Below, piece by piece: positions 20,201 to 24,978 of a stretch of DNA of 32,000 nt. Both the position numbers and the translations under genes were made by a program. The stretch is from NCBI RefSeq assembly GCF_016863655.1, contig NZ_BOPH01000050.1, positions 25,665 to 57,664 of the forward strand, in the 5' to 3' direction. This DNA comes from Virgisporangium ochraceum. Lineage in GTDB: Bacteria; Actinomycetota; Actinomycetes; Mycobacteriales; Micromonosporaceae. Position 1 is the stretch's first letter, and the number at the start of each line of letters is the position of its first letter. The notes beneath the pieces were generated by a model. The model did no database searches. It was not told the DNA's origin and saw only the letters and a program-made list of their open reading frames with translations.

Positions 20201-22884
20201 CGCAACCGCGGGCGGGAACCGATCCGGACCTGCGCGCGTACCTGCGCGAGCGGCTGCCCGAGTACCTGGTGCCGGCGCGGATCCACGTGCTCTCCGCGAT
20301 GCCGATGACCTCCGCCGGCAAGGTCGACCGGGGTCGGCTCGTGGGCACCGACGACGCGGACGCGACCGGCGGGCCACCGCGGGGCGTCACCGAGAAGGCG
20401 GTCGCGGCGGCGTGGTCGCGGCTGCTCGGCGCGGACCTGGTGGGACGCGAGGACGACTTCTTCACCCTCGGCGGCGACTCGATCCTCGCCCTGGACCTGT
20501 TCGCCCACCTGGCCGACGAGTTCCCCGGGCTCCCCCGCCCCACGGCGATCTACCGGCACCGCACCGTGCGGGCGCTGGCCGCCGCCATCGACGCGGCCCG
20601 CGGCGGACCGGAGCCCGAACCACGGGTTCCGGACCGGGCCGACACCCCGTTCCCGCTCACCGCGTCCCAGCGGGGTTTCCTGCTCGCCGAGGCGCTCGAC
20701 CCGGCCGGCAACCACGGCTGGCTGGCGCGCATCCGGCTGCGGGGGCCGCTCGACCGGGACCGGTTCCAGCGCGCCGTCGACGCGCTCGTCGAGCGGCACG
20801 GGATGCTGCGCACGGTGTTCCCGGCCGGGGCGCGGCCGCCCGTGCAGCAGGAGCTGCCGCCCGCGCTGCGGCTGCCCGTCGGGTTCCACACGTCCGATGT
20901 GGACGGTGTGGTCGCCGCGGAGCGGGTGCGCCGGTTCGAGCCGTGGGCCTGGCCGCTCATCCGGCTGCGGCTGGTGCGGGTCGGGCCGGAGGAGCACGTG
21001 CTCGTGGTCCACGCGCACCATCTCATCGGTGACGGCTACAGCGCCGCGCTGCTCGGCCGGGAGCTGCTCGACCGGTACCGCGACCCGGACCACCGGCCGC
21101 CCCCGCCGCGGAGCACGTTCCGGGACTTCGTCGCGGTCGCCGGCACCGGGCCGACGCTGCGTCCACGCGCGGTGCGGGCACCCGGCGGCGGCGCGGTGCG
21201 GGAGCACACCGGCGTCGCCGAGTCCCGTGTGGACGGTCGCACCGTCGCCGGGCTGCGACGGCTCGCCGCCGCGCATGGCGCCAGCGTCCACGGCGCCGTG
21301 CTCACCGCGTACGTGCGGGCGCTACGGCGGCACACCGGGCGCGCCGACCCCGCTGTCGGCGTCGCCACGACCGGGCGGGACCACCCGCTCCCCGACCTCA
21401 CGAGGCTGTTCGGCCCGTGTGTCACCGCCGTCGTCGTGCGGCCGGTGCCGGCCACGGGCTTCGTCGCCGACCTGCGGGCGGTGGCCGCGGCGCTGGAGAC
21501 GGCGCACGACAGCACGGCCGGCGGTGAGGTCGACGCCTTCCTCACGTACCTGGACTTCACCTCGCTCACCCGCCCGACCGGACCGGGCGAGCTGACCGCG
21601 GAGTGGGAGCCCGGCACCGAACTGGACCCGCCGGCCGCCGGCGCGGAGGTCGTACTCGCCGCCCGGCCCACGGACGACGGCCTGCTGTTCACCGTCCGCG
21701 CCGCGCTGCCACCGGACCGGGCGCGGGCTCTCGCCGACGCGGTCAGGGACGAGCTCACGGACGCGATCAGGCACGAGCTCACGGACGCGGTCAAGGGCCG
21801 CGCACGACGGAGAAGCTGGGCCGGGACGCTCGACGCCGCCCTGATCGGTTACCTGCCCTCGCCGGCGCACCTGGCCGCGATGGCCGGCCTGCCCACGAAC
21901 GCCGTTCCGCGCGACCGGGTCCGGGCCGCCCTCTTCCCGGGCGGCGCGCCCCGCCTCCTCGAGGTCGCCGAGACCGCCCTCGGCCGCTCCGGATACGTCT
22001 GTCTGCCCCGGTTCGCCGACGAACTGTCCACCGTGGACGGCCTGGCGGCCGAGGTCACCCGGGCGGTCGGGGAGGCGCACCGGTTCGGGGCACGCGGCGT
22101 CTCGCTGGCGGGGATGCTGCCGTCGCTCACCGGGTACGGGTTCGCGCTCGGGGACGACGACACGGTCACCACCGGGCACGCCGCCACGGCCGTGGCGGTC
22201 GCGGGCACCGTGGCCGCCGCGCTCAGCGCCACCGGCCGGGCGCCGGGCACGATCGCGTTCCTGGGCGTCGGCTCGATCGGACGCGCCGCGTTGAACCTCG
22301 TGCTGGCGCGGCTTCCCGAGCGGCCCGACCGGGTGCTGCTGTGCGACCTCCCCGCCACGGTGCCCGTCCTCCAGGAGCTACGCCGCACGCTGATGGACGC
22401 CGGCCACCGCGTGTCGATCGGCGACTGGTCCGACGCCGACCTGATCGTCGCGGCCACCAGCGCGTCGACGGCTCCGCTGCGGGCGGAGGACCTGCGGCCC
22501 GGCACGATCGTCGTCGACGACTCGTTCCCGCCGGCCATCGACCCCGTCGCCGCGCTCGACCGCATGCGCCTGAAGCGCGACGTGCTCGTGGTCGGCGGCG
22601 GGCTGCTCGCCGTCGGAGCCGTCGACCGCGTCACCGCGCCGGACCTGCCGCCGGACGTGATCGAGCGGTACGCCGCGCAGCCGCGGGTGCCCGGAACGCT
22701 GGCGTCGTGCCAGGTGGAGTCGCTGGCCCGGGCCGCCGATCCGGGGCTGCCGCGGGTCCGTGGCCTCGTGGAGCCCGAGGTCGCCGCCGCCTACGCGTCG
22801 GCGCTCGATCGGCTGGGCGTCGGCACCGCGCCGCCGCACCTGATGCACCACGTGATCGACCCGGCGACCCTGCGGCTGCCGTAG
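12673..22884 (+). CDS. hybrid PKS-NRPS megasynthase: FAAL-ACP-KS-(degenerate AT)-KR-ACP-C-A-PCP-C-AAR-like reductase
   Basis: Domain motifs read directly: LQYSSGSTGDPRGVEVTH and TWLPYHHDMGLIG (FAAL-like); GGTSL (ACP1); VDTACSS/EAHGTG/NLGHLLNAAG (KS); LVTGGTGGLGTALA (KR); QGIDSL (ACP2); HHAAVDG (C1); FTSGSTGRPKAV, NLYGPTETT, RRDDQVKVRGHRVE, TSAGKVDR (A); LGGDSI (PCP); HHLIGDG (C2); FLGVGSIGRAA and LASCQVESL (terminal domain). Confidence 0.95.
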   Translation: MTLVDVLLRAADEAPDQVVVHVHADGTETTVTHRQLRDDALRVAAGLSAVPRGMPVILRLDRSADFQAAFWGAVCAGLVPVPLAPGATHVAAALDHPPVVTAADLPALRRNGSTGVRRRAADDLAFLQYSSGSTGDPRGVEVTHANIVANLSQSVAAGGFRSSDVIVTWLPYHHDMGLIGSHLVPLSVHMRQVVLSPVTFAKRPVRWLETATRHRATVLPAVNFALALVVRRVPDWDAFDLSPVRLCAVGAEPIAPAVWRSFLEKAAAAGLNPAAVQPVYGLAEATLGVCAPPLGEAAVPVVLDRAALAEGRAEPASSGVGAEFMDVGHPVPGCTVRIVDDARAALPDDRVGHIEVRGPNVARGYHRDPDATARSFVDGWLRTGDLGFLRRGRLCVTGRAKDVVFVNGATLHASDLEAVAAATPGMPAGTCAVVGTPDPATGADRVVVFVPRHSPVARVAGRIAAATGHSDVHVVPLATLPRTTSGKVRRALLRARFEAGEFPAKPDAESTVRRAWGRALRRDPATLDAHDRFLEIGGTSLTAMQVLADLEDAYGVELDPLVLRDHATIAQLAGYLDGHRPTPARPTTGAAPATGTVAVIGMACRFPGADTPERFWDALLAGYDAVADSTRWAGSGSFLDDPAAFDAAFFGLDADEAGHTDPQTRILLEVAHEALERAGYAGHRRRGVRVGVFAAAGESGYADLQRRAGVSPRAGLIGGLRTLVAARVAHALDLDGPALVVDTACSSALVALHLARLSIAAGECDLAVVGGVNLNLTSDAHRALDDARAVSKTGRCRVFSADADGIVPGEGAAALVLAGAEAARRRGDPVLALVRGSAVNNDGRSLSVLTPNPPRQQEVIARAYRESGVDPARVSYVEAHGTGTVLGDPIEVRSLARALPPRRDGRPRWLGSVKANLGHLLNAAGMPALVKVVLALGHRRLPPSPHHDPVSTRLGLAGAGLAVVAGPVEWTADGPLVAGVNGFGFGGTNAHVILEEPPTAPVSARRPGPHLLTLSAGSPRALDEAVAALRAHATARPDLGAGDLCASAGSARDHGRHRVSVVVDGDSAADVAAALATATPVTAAGSARLAFVLPPTGGVGAALARRLMAAGIRPDTVVRAGSAVDGSAVVVAFAGAAPGAAVPGDGPRAAVPGAHVVPADADGRALLALAGRLWEVGVPLDRTALDAGSTRVPVPTYPFQRQRYWVDPPPALHRLDWRPAPLAAGEPRPVLVHRVGPSSTVDSVGSLDAEVRAAVAAVRGLLDRRTGAVLVVTEDVYATGAPGETVRPAQAVAVGLALALPAEVPGLGVRVVDLSTVDGADRHAAALERESTAPPAPGAAEVVAWRGGERLTRVAVPVDGAGTGPVGGAYLVTGGTGGLGTALARDLAASGRPTVVLVARGATPPADLLAELRSLGARAHYIPCDVGDPASVEALAAAVDALAPTLDAVFHAAGVLRPGSLAAQSDDDLAAVLAPKVRGTHLLADALRPRRFVSVSSVVTRRPGLTGALAGYAAANHFLAASGAGRDGAVTVHLPLVADTGMATPALTAALAAKGVPVVDRATAVRALRAALTVDGAHELTTVAEEPPPEPGPPPPAGLKELLEHHVGRELRTDESLLRQGIDSLTAVDLVKKLEQRLNRDLPTTLLFEYDTIDALAGFLGEGTALTPVQRAFHTAARMYPDVPAYGYVRQTLDGPLDAARVGRAFAVLAARHPMLRMRLVGPGPRQVIAPPATVDVAPPWFSEVSLRTTPEQLDEDLCNRPIDLFHEAPLRAVLARESSGLSHLVIVGHHAAVDGYSLHLLCQELWSIYRDGAGPVAQTPFSGLPVTPASTVDTAYWRRALATYPAGLALPYDGDPSAAPAPPLVTHRVATDAAALREAAADAGVSLFHLVLASYLRCLATWTGQERVAVTVARAGRDARVPGIGALIGPLADVLPVAVEVGPADDVRAVAARVRAAWLESERHASVSGVDIGRLAPAGGAGLRTAGFSFARFPVTVDTAGLPPVTATAAGTGSAATRLSLLAWELDGSLHLSWTFPLALFRRETVARLATEHLATLTAAAGEHPATLTAAAGERRAGIVRRVLDRCATTPDAVAVDPMTGPPLTYRDLDRESGRLAAALAARSAGARVGLLTRPGVDTVVGVLGVLRSGAAYVPVDATHPPGRLRDQLDRAGVRLVVCHAATADAAAAIGLERLDLSETGAATSTVDAEPGDLAYVMFTSGSTGRPKAVPVTHTALATYLDWAVDTFGYGPDDRMLQVAPSCFDASVRQILAPLLAGATVVPVDRDLLRDPDALLRLLERGRITVWSSVPSLWERLLAAAERRADRPDLSALRWVHVGGEPLAVGAVRRWFDLFGAGAPVTNLYGPTETTINATYHVVARRPADDDRSVPIGRPAAGALLRVVDDDGRPADEGELLIGGPGVSPGYLDDPERTAAAFRWRDGRRWYVSGDVVRRRPDGVLEFIGRRDDQVKVRGHRVEPGETEAVLRGHPDVEHAAVLPDGTRLVAYAQPRAGTDPDLRAYLRERLPEYLVPARIHVLSAMPMTSAGKVDRGRLVGTDDADATGGPPRGVTEKAVAAAWSRLLGADLVGREDDFFTLGGDSILALDLFAHLADEFPGLPRPTAIYRHRTVRALAAAIDAARGGPEPEPRVPDRADTPFPLTASQRGFLLAEALDPAGNHGWLARIRLRGPLDRDRFQRAVDALVERHGMLRTVFPAGARPPVQQELPPALRLPVGFHTSDVDGVVAAERVRRFEPWAWPLIRLRLVRVGPEEHVLVVHAHHLIGDGYSAALLGRELLDRYRDPDHRPPPPRSTFRDFVAVAGTGPTLRPRAVRAPGGGAVREHTGVAESRVDGRTVAGLRRLAAAHGASVHGAVLTAYVRALRRHTGRADPAVGVATTGRDHPLPDLTRLFGPCVTAVVVRPVPATGFVADLRAVAAALETAHDSTAGGEVDAFLTYLDFTSLTRPTGPGELTAEWEPGTELDPPAAGAEVVLAARPTDDGLLFTVRAALPPDRARALADAVRDELTDAIRHELTDAVKGRARRRSWAGTLDAALIGYLPSPAHLAAMAGLPTNAVPRDRVRAALFPGGAPRLLEVAETALGRSGYVCLPRFADELSTVDGLAAEVTRAVGEAHRFGARGVSLAGMLPSLTGYGFALGDDDTVTTGHAATAVAVAGTVAAALSATGRAPGTIAFLGVGSIGRAALNLVLARLPERPDRVLLCDLPATVPVLQELRRTLMDAGHRVSIGDWSDADLIVAATSASTAPLRAEDLRPGTIVVDDSFPPAIDPVAALDRMRLKRDVLVVGGGLLAVGAVDRVTAPDLPPDVIERYAAQPRVPGTLASCQVESLARAADPGLPRVRGLVEPEVAAAYASALDRLGVGTAPPHLMHHVIDPATLRLP
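14461..15665 (+). other. domain: ketosynthase with intact Cys/His/His
   Basis: VDTACSS (Cys codon 14905-14907), YVEAHGTG (His codon 15310-15312), KANLGHLLNAAG. Confidence 0.92.
15690..16290 (+). other. domain remnant: KS-AT linker and post-AT linker with acyltransferase core missing
   Basis: LTLSAGSPRALDEAVAALRAHATARPDL (linker), RLAFVLPPTGG where FPGQG is expected, AAGIRPDTVVRAGSA where GHSxGE is expected, then directly VPTYPFQRQRYW. Confidence 0.82.
16310..17430 (+). other. domain: ketoreductase
   Basis: AYLVTGGTGGLGTALARDLAASG...DAVFHAAGVL...RFVSVSSVVTRRPGLTGALAGYAAANHFLAA. Confidence 0.88.
17674..18900 (+). other. domain: condensation domain 1
   Basis: LTPVQRAFHTAARMYPDVPAYGYVRQTLDG...SHLVIVGHHAAVDGYSLHLLCQEL. 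Confidence 0.82.
18905..20360 (+). other. domain: amino-acid adenylation domain, substrate not assignable
   Basis: Core motifs A3 FTSGSTGRPKAV, A5 NLYGPTETT, A7 YVSGDVV, A8 RRDDQVKVRGHRVEPGE, A10 TSAGKVDR. Hand-read specificity positions about D-A-R-S-H-G-L-I-N-K (tentative). Confidence 0.88.
20641..21805 (+). other. domain: condensation-like domain 2
   Basis: FPLTASQRGFLLAEALDPAGNHGWLARIRLRG...VLVVHAHHLIGDGYSAALLGREL. Confidence 0.82.
21820..22884 (+). other. domain: C-terminal NAD(P)-binding domain resembling cyanobacterial long-chain acyl-ACP reductase (AAR)
   Basis: LIGYLPSPAHLAAM, SGYVCLPRFADEL...VTRAVGEAHRFGARGVSLAGMLPSLTGYG...TTGHAATAVAVAGTVAAAL, FLGVGSIGRAALN, ADLIVAATS, VVDDSFPPAIDP, GTLASCQVESLARAA (Cys codon 22708-22710 matches the AAR FACFAEAMLL catalytic Cys by recall). 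Confidence 0.68.
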
Positions 22885-22898
22885 CCGACGGAGACCGG

Positions 22899-23585
22899 TC
22901 AGAGCTGCGCGTCGAGAACGGGCGCGGTGCCGGCGAGGATGCGGAGCAGGTCGTCGCGGAAGCGGCTGATCGCCGCCGCCATCGCGGCGGCGGCCGCGTC
23001 GGGGTCGCGGGCGCGCAACGCGGTGAGCAGGGTCAGGTGCTCCTCGCGGATGCGGGGCGCACCACCCGGCACGCCGGCCGCGAACGCTGCCGCGATCGCC
23101 CGCTCGCTCTCGTCGAGCAGGCGCTCCACCAGCGCCTCCTGGCGGCTGTTCCCGGCGGCGGCCGCGACCGCCACGTGGATGTCGCGGTTGACCGCGAGGA
23201 AGTCCTCCACAGTGGACCCGCCTTCATCCGACAGCCGGCCGACGCGGGCGACGAGCCCGTCGACGACCCCGGCGTCGAGGACCGTCGCCGCGACGCGGGC
23301 ACCGGCCGGCTCGACCAGCACGCGCAGGTCGTAGATCTCCCGGACGTCGCGCAATGTCAACGGCGCGATCACGTGCCCGCGGCGCGGCTCCGCCAGCACC
23401 AGCCCCTCGGCCCGCAGCCGCGCCAGGGCCGCCCGTACGGCCGCCTTCGACAGCCCGAAGCGGTCGCTCAGGTGGGTCTCCGACACCGGCGCCGACGGCG
23501 GCAGCTCCAGCCGGACGATCGCCCGGCGCAGGCGGAGGTAGGCGGCGTTGCCCGACGACGTTGCCGGTACGGCGACAGTGCTCAC
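22899..23585 (-). CDS. GntR family (FCD domain) transcriptional regulator
   Basis: VSTVAVPATSSGNAAYLRLRRAIVRLELPPSAPVSETHLSDRFGLSKAAVRAALARLRAEGLVLAEPRRGHVIAPLTLRDVREIYDLRVLVEPAGARVAA. GTG start 23583-23585 favoured; ATG at 23604-23606 lies inside the operator candidate. Confidence 0.9.
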   Translation of the reverse strand: MSTVAVPATSSGNAAYLRLRRAIVRLELPPSAPVSETHLSDRFGLSKAAVRAALARLRAEGLVLAEPRRGHVIAPLTLRDVREIYDLRVLVEPAGARVAATVLDAGVVDGLVARVGRLSDEGGSTVEDFLAVNRDIHVAVAAAAGNSRQEALVERLLDESERAIAAAFAAGVPGGAPRIREEHLTLLTALRARDPDAAAAAMAAAISRFRDDLLRILAGTAPVLDAQL

Positions 23586-23599
23586 GCCGTCCCATTGTA

Positions 23600-23632
23600 T
23601 TGACATGTCACGGCAGCAATGTTGACATGTCA
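23600..23632. promoter_or_regulatory. two identical palindromic operator elements
   Basis: TTGACATGTCA at 23600-23610 and TTGACATGTCA at 23622-23632, offset 22 bp, between divergent GntR and aminotransferase genes. Confidence 0.8.
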
Positions 23633-23634
23633 GG

Positions 23635-24918
23635 GTGACCACCGACAAGCTGATCCGGTACGGCGGCGAGTTCGCCTCCGAGCTCATCGAACGCGCCGAG
23701 GGCAGTTGGCTGACCACCGAGGGCGGCCGGCGCATCCTCGACTTCACGAGCGGGCAGATGTGCGCGACGCTCGGGCACGGCCACCCCGAGATCCTCAAGG
23801 CGATCGGCGACGCGAGCGGCCGGGTCGTGCACCTGTTCAGCGGCTTCCTGTCGCGTGACGTCACCGAACTGGCCCGCGAGCTGATGGCCACGCTGCCGGA
23901 GCCGTTGGCGCGCGCCATGTTCCTGTCGACCGGCGGCGAGGCGAACGAGGCCGCACTGCGTCTGGCGAAACTGCACACCGGCGGCTACGAGGTGCTGGCG
24001 TTCGCCGGCTCGTGGCACGGGATGACCGCCGGCGCGTCGTCGAGCACGTACAGCGCGGGACGGCGCGGCTACGGTCCCGGCATGCCCGGCGCGATGGCGC
24101 TGCCGGCGCCGAACACCTACCGGTGCCCGATCCGGCACTGCCGCGACACGTGTGACTTCACCTGCCTGGACACCGGGATGGCGCTCGTCGACACGATGTC
24201 GACCGGCGCTCCGGCGGCCGTGATCGCCGAGCCGATCCTCAGCGCCGGCGGCATCGTGCCGCTGCCGCCGGGCTACCTCGCGCGGCTGCGCGAGCACTGC
24301 GACGAGCGCGGCATGGTGATGATTCTCGACGAGGCGCAGACCGGCATCGGCCGCGTCGGCTCGATGTACGCGTTCGAACAGCACGACGTCGTACCCGACA
24401 TCCTCACGCTCAGCAAGACGCTGGGTGGCGGATTACCTTTGTCCGCAACGGTGACCACGAAAGAAATCGAGGAGGACGCCGCCGCGAAGGGCTTCCTCCA
24501 CTTCACCTCGCACGTGAGCGACCCGCTGCCGGCCGCCGTGGGACGGGCCGTGCTCCGCACGGTGCTCGCCGACGACCTTCCCGGACGCGCCCTGAAACTC
24601 GGCGAACGGCTGCGCGCCGGGCTCCTGGAACTGCAGCGCAAGCACGAGCCGATCGGTGACGTCCGCGGGCAGGGACTGCTGCTCGGAGTGGATCTGGTGG
24701 CCGACCGCGACACCCGCGCGGCCGCGCCGGAGTACTCGGTAGCGGTCACCAACCGGGCCCTGGAACTGGGCGTGAACATCAATATCGTCAAGTTCCCCGG
24801 CTTCGGCAGCGTACTGCGGATCGCCCCGCCGCTCACCGCGACCACCGACGAGATCGACCTCGGACTGGAGATGCTCGACAGAGCGCTGACCCTCGCACTG
24901 AGCGACGTTCGCGTTTGA
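23635..24918 (+). CDS. dgdA: 2,2-dialkylglycine decarboxylase-like class III PLP aminotransferase
   Basis: LIRYGGEFASELIERAEGSWLTTEGGRRILDFTSGQMCATLGHGHPEI...HLFSGFLSRDVTELA...FAGSWHGMTAGASSSTYSAGRRGYGP...IAEPILSAGGIVPLPPGYL...LDEAQTGIGRVGSMYAFE...PDILTLSKTLGGGLPLSATVTT...SDPLPAAVG; closely matches the dialkylglycine decarboxylase pattern. GTG start. Confidence 0.85.
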   Translation: MTTDKLIRYGGEFASELIERAEGSWLTTEGGRRILDFTSGQMCATLGHGHPEILKAIGDASGRVVHLFSGFLSRDVTELARELMATLPEPLARAMFLSTGGEANEAALRLAKLHTGGYEVLAFAGSWHGMTAGASSSTYSAGRRGYGPGMPGAMALPAPNTYRCPIRHCRDTCDFTCLDTGMALVDTMSTGAPAAVIAEPILSAGGIVPLPPGYLARLREHCDERGMVMILDEAQTGIGRVGSMYAFEQHDVVPDILTLSKTLGGGLPLSATVTTKEIEEDAAAKGFLHFTSHVSDPLPAAVGRAVLRTVLADDLPGRALKLGERLRAGLLELQRKHEPIGDVRGQGLLLGVDLVADRDTRAAAPEYSVAVTNRALELGVNINIVKFPGFGSVLRIAPPLTATTDEIDLGLEMLDRALTLALSDVRV

Positions 24919-24943
24919 GCAACGGCGAAAACGCCTCTACGGT

Positions 24944-24959
24944 GCTACGGATCCGTAGC
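24944..24959. promoter_or_regulatory. 16-bp perfect palindrome upstream of glxA-like gene
   Basis: GCTACGGATCCGTAGC, 20 bp before the GTG at 24979. Confidence 0.5.
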
Positions 24960-24978
24960 CTCGAAGGGGAAATCGCCT

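Noticed and set aside
18838-21801. CRISPR-like or mobile-element repeats
   Set aside because: The repeats are short, in frame and adjacent with no spacers; they are linker duplications inside one CDS.
17520-22884. Classical thioesterase or SDR-type thioester reductase at the C-terminus
   Set aside because: No GxSxG followed by His at proper spacing, and no TGATGFLG/extended SDR YxxxK pattern in the last 350 aa; the AAR-like reading fits better.
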